From contig CAVUAK010000001.1 in NCBI GenBank assembly GCA_963739455.1, forward strand, positions 1,920,001 through 1,984,000: a stretch of 64,000 nt of DNA, written 5' to 3'. Shown here in pieces: positions 48,776 to 57,932 of the stretch. The position numbers and the translations under genes were made by a program. Position 1 is the first letter of the stretch, and each line of letters begins with the position of its first letter. The notes beneath the pieces are model-generated. The model worked only from the letters and a program-made list of their open reading frames with translations. It ran no database searches and was not told the DNA's origin. This DNA is from an uncultured Gemmatimonadales bacterium (GTDB taxonomy: Bacteria > Gemmatimonadota > Gemmatimonadetes > Gemmatimonadales > GWC2-71-9).

Positions 48776-50539
48776 TCAGTACCCCGCCGTCCCTCCCCCC
48801 GATCTTGGATCGCTCACGCCGATCCATCCCCCTTCGATCGGCGCGACCGCCTCGACGTCCCCTCCCGGCTGCGATTCCCTGATTTCATAGCCCATGGCAC
48901 GTAGCGAGTCGAGTACCTCGGGTGCAAAGCCCCCGCGGTCGACGCGCACGGCGTCCGGCAGCGCCTGATGATGAATCCGCGGTGCGGCCACCGCGTTTCG
49001 CAGGCTCATGTCGTGGTCGATCACGTTGCTCACCACTTGCAGCACCTGCGTAATGATGGTGGCGCCGCCGCGCGAGCCCACCACGAGCCGCAGCGTGCTG
49101 TCCGGCCCGAGAACGATTGTCGGCGACATGCTGGAAAGGGGCCGCTTGAGAGGTGCGATGGCGTTCACGTCGCCCTGGATCAATCCCCAGCTGTTGGGCC
49201 GGCCCGGAGCGACAGTGAAATCATCCATGATGTCATTCAGCAAGACGCCGGTGCCCGGAACAGTCACCCCGCATCCGTAGAGGTCGTTGAGCGTGTAGGT
49301 ATTGGCGACCGCGTTCCCGTCGACGTCGACGATCGAGATGTGCGTGGTGGAGCCGGTGCCGGCACCGGCCTGTCCCTCGATCGTCGGTGTAGCCTGGCCG
49401 GGCTTGATGGTGCGCCGGAGTGAATCGGCGAGTGCGGTGGAAAGGAGCCACTCCTGCGGTACCGTCACGAAGTCCGGATCGCCGATGGCAGAATTCCTCA
49501 GGACAAAGGCACGGCGCATCGCCTCGATCTCGATCTGCAGCAGGGCAGCGGACCCGAAGGGCGGCAGGGCAGGCCAGGTGCTGAAGAGGTTGAGCGCGAT
49601 GCCCATTGCCAGTCCGCTCGAGGACGGCGGCGGGGCAGCGTAGATGGTGTGTCCCCGGTAGCGCAGCGTGATCGGCTCACGCCAGTGCACCTTGTAGGCG
49701 TCAAGGTCGGCCTGGCGGATCAGCCCTCCGTTGCGCGCCATGTCGGCCACGAGCGAGTCTGCGACCCAGCCCCGGTAGAAGCCATCGGCGCCATGATCGC
49801 GGATCGCCTCGAGGGTGCGCGCGAGGTCCGGCTGCACCAGCACGGTCCCCTGGGCTGGCACCCGGCCACCGGGGAGGTAGATCGCCGCCGAGGCCGGGAA
49901 CCTGGCGAGCTTGGTGCTGTCATTGCGGATGCGCGCGCTGCGGATCGAGTCGAGCACGAACCCGTTTCGCGCCAGGACGATGGCGGGGTTCACCACATCC
50001 GCAAACGACAGTTTTCCAAATCGCCGCTGCGCCTCGACCAGGCCCATGACGGTCCCGGGCGTTGCCGGTGCCAGGTAGCCGACCTGACTCTTGTCTGTAG
50101 CCTTGCCGTCGGCGTCGAGGTACATGTCACGGGTCGAGCCGAGCGGAGCCTGTTCCCTGTAGTCGAGGAAGTAGACCGAACCATTCGCCAGGCGGATCAG
50201 CATGAATCCGCCTCCGCCCAGGTTGCCGGCTTCCGGGTCCACCACTGCCATGGCGAACCCGACCGCCACTGCTGCATCCACTGCATTGCCGCCTCGCCGC
50301 AATACCTCCCGGCCAGCGACGCTCGCGATGTCATTCCCCGACGTCACCATGGCGTGGGGGCCGCGTTCCGAGCGAGTGGCAGCTGGGTACTTCCATGAAT
50401 CCGGGAACGTTACGGCGGGGACCGACGTTGCCCGCGCCCCGCTGGTGCTCGCCTCGGAGCGAGGTGGGGGGGCGGTCGGCGCCGGGGGCGTACATCCGGC
50501 GAGGACGAGCGACAGGGCGATGGTGCGCAGTCGAGTCAC
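48776..50539 (-). CDS. ggt: Gamma-glutamyltransferase (lipoprotein)
   Basis: GGNAVDAAVA, GGGGFM, DYRE, catalytic TTHISIVD, RPLSSMSP, DPRSGG. Confidence 0.94.
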   Translation of the reverse strand: MTRLRTIALSLVLAGCTPPAPTAPPPRSEASTSGARATSVPAVTFPDSWKYPAATRSERGPHAMVTSGNDIASVAGREVLRRGGNAVDAAVAVGFAMAVVDPEAGNLGGGGFMLIRLANGSVYFLDYREQAPLGSTRDMYLDADGKATDKSQVGYLAPATPGTVMGLVEAQRRFGKLSFADVVNPAIVLARNGFVLDSIRSARIRNDSTKLARFPASAAIYLPGGRVPAQGTVLVQPDLARTLEAIRDHGADGFYRGWVADSLVADMARNGGLIRQADLDAYKVHWREPITLRYRGHTIYAAPPPSSSGLAMGIALNLFSTWPALPPFGSAALLQIEIEAMRRAFVLRNSAIGDPDFVTVPQEWLLSTALADSLRRTIKPGQATPTIEGQAGAGTGSTTHISIVDVDGNAVANTYTLNDLYGCGVTVPGTGVLLNDIMDDFTVAPGRPNSWGLIQGDVNAIAPLKRPLSSMSPTIVLGPDSTLRLVVGSRGGATIITQVLQVVSNVIDHDMSLRNAVAAPRIHHQALPDAVRVDRGGFAPEVLDSLRAMGYEIRESQPGGDVEAVAPIEGGWIGVSDPRSGGGTAGY

Positions 50540-50642
50540 GGGGGCTCTACCGATGATGTGAAGGGACCCATGGTTGCCCGCGGCATCGGGCGGGGTCTAA
50601 TTTAGCCGCACGGAGCCTTCTGCCCACCCGTACCCCCAGCCC

Positions 50643-51566
50643 ATGTCCGAGCACTTCATCGATCCCCGCCTCACCGAGCGTCGCAACCCGAATACGCGCG
50701 ACATTGACGTGGCGTCATCGATCGAGCTCGTGGACCTGATCGCGCGCGAGGATGCCGGGGTGTCGGGCGCCGTGTCGCTCGCCCGGGAGGCGGTGTCGCA
50801 GGCGATTGACCTGGTGGAGGTCGCGTTCCGGACCGGCGGCCGGCTCCTGTATGTTGGCGCCGGGACCAGCGGGCGCCTTGGTGTGCTCGATGCGGCAGAA
50901 TGTCCCCCGACGTTCGGGACGCCACCGGAGATGGTAGTCGGGATCATAGCGGGCGGCGCCAGCGCGCTGGTCAAGGCGGTGGAGGGCGCGGAGGATGACG
51001 TCAACGCCGGCATTGCGGCGATGGACGACCACCACGTTCGCGAGCACGACGTGGTCATCGGGATCGCTGCCAGCGCCACGACGCCCTACGTGCGCGCCGC
51101 CCTGGGGCGGGCCCAGGCGCTCGGGGCGCGCACCGGTCTTGTCGCCTGCGCCGAACCGCCGGCCCTGCTCCGAAGCACATGCGACGTCTGCATCGTCGTA
51201 CTGGTGGGGCCGGAGGTGATTACCGGCTCCACCCGGATGAAGGCGGGCACCGCCACGAAGCTGGTGCTCAATACGATCACCACCGGTGCGATGATCCGGC
51301 TTGGCAAGACCTATGGCAACCTCATGGTCGACCTGCGCGCCTCGAACGCAAAGCTTGAAGACAGGAGCCACCGCATCGTGATGGAAACAACGGGACTGGC
51401 ACGAGATGCCGCCGCGCAGGTGCTCGAGCGCGCCGAGGGTCGGGTGAAGCTGGCGATCGTGATGGCACGCCGCGGGGTGGATCGTGAGGAGGCCGAGGCA
51501 TTGCTGGCGATGCACTCGGGCAGGCTCCGGGCCATCGTCGGCGATCCACCGCCGGTGCCTTCATGA
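50643..51566 (+). CDS. murQ: N-acetylmuramic acid 6-phosphate etherase
   Basis: TERRNP, GAGTSGRLGVLDAAECPPTFG, EGAED, GPEVITGSTRMKAGTA, GNLMVD. Confidence 0.96.
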   Translation: MSEHFIDPRLTERRNPNTRDIDVASSIELVDLIAREDAGVSGAVSLAREAVSQAIDLVEVAFRTGGRLLYVGAGTSGRLGVLDAAECPPTFGTPPEMVVGIIAGGASALVKAVEGAEDDVNAGIAAMDDHHVREHDVVIGIAASATTPYVRAALGRAQALGARTGLVACAEPPALLRSTCDVCIVVLVGPEVITGSTRMKAGTATKLVLNTITTGAMIRLGKTYGNLMVDLRASNAKLEDRSHRIVMETTGLARDAAAQVLERAEGRVKLAIVMARRGVDREEAEALLAMHSGRLRAIVGDPPPVPS

Positions 51567-52672
51567 CTGAGCGCCCGGCAATCGGGATCGGTCTCATGTC
51601 GGGCACGTCGCTCGACGGCATGGACGCGGCGCTGGTGCGCTTCCACGGACCAACGCACGCTGAGCTCATTTCTTTCGTTACCCGCTCCTACAGCGCTGGC
51701 GAGCGCGCGTCGATCCAGCGGGGCCTGGATGGGGCGAACGCCGCCGAGCTTGCGCGGCTGCATGCGGCTATCGGGGAGTGGGCCGCCGACGCGGTGGAGC
51801 AGGTACTGGCCGCCGCGCATGCGCCCGCATCTGCCGTCGATTTCATCGCCATGCACGGCCAGACGGTGTGGCACGAGCCGCCGCTCGTGAGCTGGCAACT
51901 GGGTGAACCCGCGGTGCTCGCCGAGCGATTCGGCCGGCCCGTTGTCAGCAACTTCCGCTCGCGGGACGTGGCGGCGGGAGGGCAGGGAGCGCCGCTCGTC
52001 CCGGCAGCTGACGTCCTGCTGTTCGGTGCCACCGACGGACCGCGCGTGCTGCTCAACATCGGCGGCATGGCGAATGTCACCTTCGTCGCTCGCCGCGCGA
52101 TCGACGATGGCGCCATGGCCTTCGACACCGGACCGGGAGTGGTGCTGGTGGACGCGCTGGCCCGCCTTGTCGACCCGTCGCTGCCCTATGACCGAGACGG
52201 CGCCCTGGCGGCTCGCGGCACGGTGAACGAGGCCGAGGTGACGCGCCTCCTCGCCGATGAATTCTTCAGCCAGGCGCCACCGCGCAGCACGGGCCGCGAG
52301 CATTTCGGTGACGCCATGGCCCGCGAGATCCATCGCCGTGTGCCCGGCGCCGATGGCGTGGCTACGGCGGTGGCCCTTACGGCGCGGTCGATCGCGCGCG
52401 CGATCCATGACTGGGTGCCCGGGGCACCCGAGGTCGTCGTATCCGGCGGCGGGGCGCGGCATCCGGTGCTCTTCGAATCGCTCGCACAGGCGCTGGCGAC
52501 ACAGGGCCGCCGGCTCCGCCGCTTTGATGACCTCTTCTTCAGCGGCGACGCCAAGGAGGCGGTGGCCTTCGCCCTCCTCGGCTACCTCACGCTGCACGGG
52601 CAGCCTGCAAGCCTTCCTTCGTGTACCGGCGCCCGCGGCGCTCGCGTGCTCGGGAGCATCACGCCAGGATGA
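51563..52672 (+). CDS. anmK: Anhydro-N-acetylmuramic acid kinase
   Basis: GLMSGTSLDGMD, HGQT, GGQGAPLVP, NIGGMAN, DTGPG, STGRE, KEAVAFA. Confidence 0.96.
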   Translation: MTERPAIGIGLMSGTSLDGMDAALVRFHGPTHAELISFVTRSYSAGERASIQRGLDGANAAELARLHAAIGEWAADAVEQVLAAAHAPASAVDFIAMHGQTVWHEPPLVSWQLGEPAVLAERFGRPVVSNFRSRDVAAGGQGAPLVPAADVLLFGATDGPRVLLNIGGMANVTFVARRAIDDGAMAFDTGPGVVLVDALARLVDPSLPYDRDGALAARGTVNEAEVTRLLADEFFSQAPPRSTGREHFGDAMAREIHRRVPGADGVATAVALTARSIARAIHDWVPGAPEVVVSGGGARHPVLFESLAQALATQGRRLRRFDDLFFSGDAKEAVAFALLGYLTLHGQPASLPSCTGARGARVLGSITPG

Positions 52673-54082
52673 CGGTTTCGCGGCTCATCTTTCCCGCCAT
52701 CCGCTGGCGGGATGACAGTGGATTCGATCACGAGTGGGATTCAATCCGACAGGCGCTCGCGCTGGGTGTCGGGGGGTTTATCATCTTCGGCGGGCCGGCC
52801 GAAGCGGTACGCGCCCTGACCTCACGGCTCGAGCGAGAGGCCGGGAGGCCCCTCCTCCTCGCGGCTGACCTGGAGCGCGGTGCCGGCCAGCAATTCGACG
52901 GACTGACGCAGTTTCCCCCGCCACGCGCGCTCACGGCACTCGACCGCCTCGACGTGACCCGGTGGGCCGGCGCGGTCACCGCGCACGAGGCCCGCAGTGT
53001 GGGCATCAACTGGGTCTTCGCACCGGTTGCGGACCTCGACCTCCTGCCGGACAACCCGATCATCCAGACCCGTGCCTTTGCCGCCGATCCGGCACTCGCA
53101 GCACGCCATGTCGCCGCGTGGATCGAGGGTTGCCAGGCGGCTGGCGCACTCGCGTGCGCGAAGCACTATCCCGGTCACGCCCGCACCACAGCCGACTCAC
53201 ACATCACGCTGCCGGTGGTGTCCGCGACGCGGGAACAGCTGGAAGTGGACCAGGTCCCCTTCCGCGCTGCGATGGACGCCGGCGTGGCATCGCTCATGAC
53301 CGCACATGTGAGCTATCCCGCGCTCGATCCATCCGGCCTGCCGGCGACACTGTCCAGCGAGATCATCGGCAACCTTCGGGCGGGCGGCTTCGACGGGCTC
53401 GTGGTCAGCGATGCACTGATCATGGAAGCGGCGCTGGCCGGTCGCTCGGAAGCAGATGCGGCGGTCGCCGCGCTGGCGGCCGGGGTGGACATCCTGCTTT
53501 ACCCGAACGACACCGGGGCAGTGGCAGTGGCACTGGAGTCGGCGCTGGGGTCGGGGCGCATTGTGCCCGGGCGAGTGGACGAGGCGCTGCGCCGGTACGA
53601 GCGGGCACTGCAGCGCGCAGGCGATGCATCCGGCGCCGCTGTCGCGCGCGCCGTTCGACGGGGCGCCGGCACTCGCCGATGCGCTCGTTGCTGCGGGGGT
53701 CACACGCGCGCGCCTGTCCCAGCTGCGCACGCCGATCGAACTGGTCACGGTGGACGACGACCTGGGTGGGCCCTACGCTCCCGTCCCCAGCGACACGGTG
53801 GCTGCGACACTCGATGCGCTGGGAGTGCGTCGGGGAGATGGAGGAAGCCGAGTCGTGCTGGCCTTTGCGGAGCCACGCGCCTGGAAGGGTCGCGCGGGGT
53901 TCAGCGAGGCCTCACGCGCGGCCCTGGGAGAGTTGGTGCCGGGGAGCGACCTCGTGGTGCTCTTCGGTCATCCGCGCCTGGTGGGCGAGATTCCCGGTGA
54001 TGGCGCCGTGGTGATTGCCTGGCACCGCCAGCGGCTGATGCAGGCGGCCGTCGGACGCTGGCTCAGTGAGCGGTCGCGATGA
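52669..54082 (+). CDS. nagZ: GH3 beta-N-acetylglucosaminidase (frameshift near 53635)
   Basis: DLERG, FAPVAD, KHYPGH...DSH (Asp-His dyad), MTAHV, SDAL; adjacent to murQ and anmK. Confidence 0.88.
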
Positions 54083-55278
54083 CGTCGTCCGGTGGCGGCG
54101 CCGCGCGAGAGAGGAATGGCAGGAGCGCGAAGCCGGGCAGTGCCAGCACGAAGGTGAGCAGGAAGAAGGTGGCATAGCCGACGCGCTCAGTCAGCGATCC
54201 GGCGATCGGCCCGATCAACGCGCGGGTGAAGGCCAGGAGCGCCGAGAGCAGCGCGTACTGCGAGGCCGCGAAGCGCGGCTCGCACACTGACATCAGGTAC
54301 GCCACGAATGCCGCAGTACCCATGCCCCCGGAGAAATTCTCGAACAGCGCGGCGGCGATCATCAGCCCCTTGGACGGCGGGAGCGCCGCCGCCGCCCAGT
54401 ACCCGAGGTTGGAGACGGCCTGCAGTGCCCCGAGGGACCAGAGCGCCGTGCGCATTCCCCATCGCGTGGTCAGGTAGCCCCCCAGGACGGCGCCGCTCAC
54501 CGTCGCCACCATCCTGCCGGTGGTCAGCACCACGCCGATCTCTTCCAGCGTAAATCCACGATCTACCCAGAACGGCCGCGTCATCGGGTCCATCGCCGCA
54601 TCGCCAAGCTTGAACAGCAGGGCGAATGCCACCACCCAGCCTGATTCCCGGCCGTGTCAGCAGCGAGCGCAGTGGCAGCCAGAGTGACTGGCCCGGCGGC
54701 GGTCGCACCTGGCCGGTGTTCGGCATGAGGAGCGCCGCGACCGCAAGCACGGCCGTGATGACGGTCGCCGCCGTGAACGCGGCGGGCCAGCCCTTCCGCC
54801 CCGCCAGCCAGATGATCGCGCCGCCCGAGACGAGCATCGCCGTCCGGTAGGCGCCGATACGCACCGAGTTGGCCAGCCCGAGCTGCTCGCGCGGCGTCGC
54901 CTGGATGGTGAAGGCGTCGATCGCAACATCCTGGGTGGCCGACAGGGTTACCGCGAGCACGATGAGCCCGAAGAAGACCTGCGCGTGCTGCGAGGCGTCT
55001 ACCCGCGCGATGAGCGGAATGACGAGCACCAGCAGGACCAGGCACCCGGCAATCCACTGCTTCCGCGTGCCGGTGCGATCAAGGACGGGAGCCCAGAGAA
55101 ACTTGAATGTCCAGGGAAAGGTTGCCGCGGCGACGAGTCCGACGTCCACGAGCGTGGCACCGCCGCTCCGGAGGTAGACGGGCAGTGCCTCATTGATGAG
55201 ACCGAACGGAAACCCTGAGGCGAAGGCGAGGGCCGCAATCCAGGCGAAGGGTGCTGCGGCGCGACGCTCAGCGATCAC
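54063..55278 (-). CDS. ampG: AmpG-family muropeptide MFS permease (frameshift near 54635; start uncertain)
   Basis: FASGFPF, PWTFKFLWAPVLD, SATQDVAIDA, FKLGD, ENFSGGMGTAAFVAYLM, ASQYALLSAL. Confidence 0.9.
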
Positions 55279-56683
55279 CGGTACTCCCACTGAGGAACGC
55301 CGTGATCGCGGGCGCCGGGACGGCATCCAGGAGGTGCTCACTGGTAGCGGTTGCCAACAGCATGCCGATCACCGAACCGGACCGGTCAAACACCGGGCTG
55401 CCCGGGGCCAGCGTGCTGCCGAGCGGCTCGAGCTGCAGCAGCTTGTCCGTTGCAATTGTCACGGCCGCGAGGGCTGTCGCCTGCGAGGGCGCAGCCCCTG
55501 CATCCAGGCGCGTGCCAGGGTAGCCCACCAGCACGGCGGCTTGCCCGACCAATCCACTGCCCACACTGGTGGCGAGTGTCGGGGGCGTGCCCGTGCCGCT
55601 GCCCTTCGGCACCTCGAGGATGGCGACGTTGAGTGCACTGTGTGCCGCGAGCATACGGGTCCGGAGCGGATTCGTCGTGCCGGGCGCCTGCAGCGTGAGC
55701 GCGGTTGGCGGGTGTCCGGCGCTGTCGTGCATGATGTCCTGCACCGTAACGAAGACGAGCCCGCCCACGGCGCGGCGCGCGGCGAAGGCCGCAGCCATGC
55801 GGTGACTGCCGTCCTCGTACGTCGCCTCGACGACCGCCAGCGAGGCCTCATTTGCGCGGGCGATCTGCTGGGCATCGAGTGCGGCAGCGGCGGCGAGGCG
55901 CTCGAAGCTCGAGGTGAGGCGTTCGAGGCTGTCACGAAGCGGGGCAAGGACCTGGCGATCACGCGGTGCACGACGGATGCGCGAGCGCAGTCGCGCCGTC
56001 TCGGCCTTGGCGCCGTCGAGTGCGCCACTGATGCGCGCGTCGCGGTGGCCGATCGCCTCGAGGGTCGGCGAAAAGGCTGTCTGCCTGGGCCAGAAGGACT
56101 GCACGCTCGTCTACGGCGCCCTTGCTTGCGCTCGCGCGCCACATCGCCAGCCCACCAAGCGATCCCAGCACGGCAAGGACGAGCAAGCGCCACCATCCAG
56201 GGCGCGCGCTGGCGAGTCGCCGTCACCGTGGCGACGAAGCGCTTGTCGGGCTCGGTGGCACTGGCAGTGCTGAGCGGTGTCTTCGGCACGGCGGTGGTGA
56301 CCGGCTCGACCTCAGGTTCCGTCACTGGGCGGCGCCGGTGTTGCCGCAGGTCCCGCAGAAGGGCGCCAGGTGTCCTGCATCACGCCGAATCGCAGCATCG
56401 GCCCGCCGTCCCCGAGGCGGATGAGGTCCTGATCGCCGAGCTGGTGCTCTCCCGTGATGCGCACGCCGTTCACGAAGGTGCCGTTGGTGCTGGCCAGGTC
56501 GCGGAGGATCCAGTCTCCATCGCGGAAGATCACGGCGGCGTGGCGTCCCGACACCGGCAGGTCGTGATCGGGCCCGAAACGCACGTCTGCCTGGGGCGCG
56601 CGCCCAAGCATGGCGTAGCTCTTCTCGACGACGACCGCCTGGCCTGCGCGCCCGCCCGTGAGGTACGTGAACATGGCCTTCAT
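55268..56683 (-). CDS. Protein with FHA domain, TM helix, coiled coil and degenerate trypsin-like domain (about three apparent frameshifts)
   Basis: FHA motifs LGR, VSGRHA, DLASTNGTFVNG; TM segment LVLAVLGSLGGLAMW; C-terminal VLVGYP...PGSPVFDRSGSVIGM. Confidence 0.75.
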
Positions 56684-56699
56684 GCCGGAAGGGATCGCG

Positions 56700-57755
56700 T
56701 CAGCGCAGGAGGAACCACAGGGCCGCCAGCAGCACCAGGACCGCGATGCCGTATACGGCCGCGCGGTTTCCCGCCGCCGCGACCTCGGTCGCCTCGCGGA
56801 CCGCGGGGGCGGGAGGAGCCGGTGGGATCGCCGGTGCCGGCTGCGGTCGTGGCGTGAGGCTGTCGTCGGAAGACGACGATGCGCCAGGAAGCCGCAGCAC
56901 GGTGTGCTGCGGCTCTTCCTCGGTACTGCTCGGCTCGGGAAGTCCCTCCCCGAAAAAGCGCGCGGCAACCACCGTGATGTTGTCGGGGCCGCCGCGCTCG
57001 TTCGCCATCGAAATCAGCGTCTCGCACACGATGGCCAGGTCGTTCTCGCCGGCCACGACCGCTGCAATTTCGGCCTTTCGCACCAGCCCGGTCAGGCCAT
57101 CCGAGCAAACTACCAGCACGTCGCCGCGATTCAGTCTCTGGATCGAGAGCACCACCTTGACGCGTGGATCCGGGCCAAGGGCCTGGAGGATGATGTTGCG
57201 GCGCGCATTGGTCTCCGCTTCTTCCTCAGTCAGCTCGCCGGCATCCACGAGGCGCTGGGTGAACGATTGATCCTTGGTGAGCTGGAATGCGCTGCCATTA
57301 CGGATCAGGTAGGCGCGGCTGTCTCCCACCTGCGCGAGGTACAACTGGCCCTCGTGCACACCGGCCGCGGTGAGCGTGGTACCCATCCCGCGCACCTCGG
57401 GGTGCTCCGTCGCATAGCTGTGGATCTGGGTATTGGCGTACTCCACCGCTTCGCGCATGCGGAGCGCGAACTGCTCCGGGCTGTTGTCCGGGTCGTGACT
57501 CCAGACTTTCGCGAGGTGGTCGAAGATCTGCTGCGCCGCCATGGAACTGGCGATCTCGCCCGCCGCAGCCCCGCCCATGCCATCGGCAACCATGAACAGG
57601 GAGCCACGCGGACCGATTACGTGCTCGACGACGGTAAGGGAAGGCAGGACCTGCGGCGCATTGAGGTCGGCGACGAGGAACGTGTCCTCGTTGTGGTCCC
57701 GCGTGCGGCCGAGGTCGGTGCGGCCGAAAACGCTGACCCGGATGTCCTTCGACAT
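56700..57755 (-). CDS. PP2C/Stp1-type Ser/Thr phosphatase with a C-terminal TM anchor
   Basis: TDLGRTRDHNED, VADGMGG, MGTT, VGDSRAY, CSDGL, GGPDNIT; hydrophobic C-terminus. Confidence 0.93.
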   Translation of the reverse strand: MSKDIRVSVFGRTDLGRTRDHNEDTFLVADLNAPQVLPSLTVVEHVIGPRGSLFMVADGMGGAAAGEIASSMAAQQIFDHLAKVWSHDPDNSPEQFALRMREAVEYANTQIHSYATEHPEVRGMGTTLTAAGVHEGQLYLAQVGDSRAYLIRNGSAFQLTKDQSFTQRLVDAGELTEEEAETNARRNIILQALGPDPRVKVVLSIQRLNRGDVLVVCSDGLTGLVRKAEIAAVVAGENDLAIVCETLISMANERGGPDNITVVAARFFGEGLPEPSSTEEEPQHTVLRLPGASSSSDDSLTPRPQPAPAIPPAPPAPAVREATEVAAAGNRAAVYGIAVLVLLAALWFLLR

Positions 57756-57858
57756 GTCGTCCCTCACGGGGTCAGGGCGGACCGCAGGTCGCCGCCAATG
57801 CACAGTAAGTCAGGCAGCAATCTGGCAGGTCCGTTTCCGGCGGTGAAAAGGTTGGCAG

Positions 57859-57887
57859 AATCTAGGAATCCCGGACGCATGCGTCAA
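57859..57887 (-). promoter_or_regulatory. sigma70-type promoter for the PP2C-FHA-ampG unit
   Basis: Minus strand reads TTGACG-N17-TAGATT. Confidence 0.6.
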
Positions 57888-57932
57888 CGTGGAACAATGG
57901 CGTAACTGTAATTGCACAACTACCTTGCGCCG

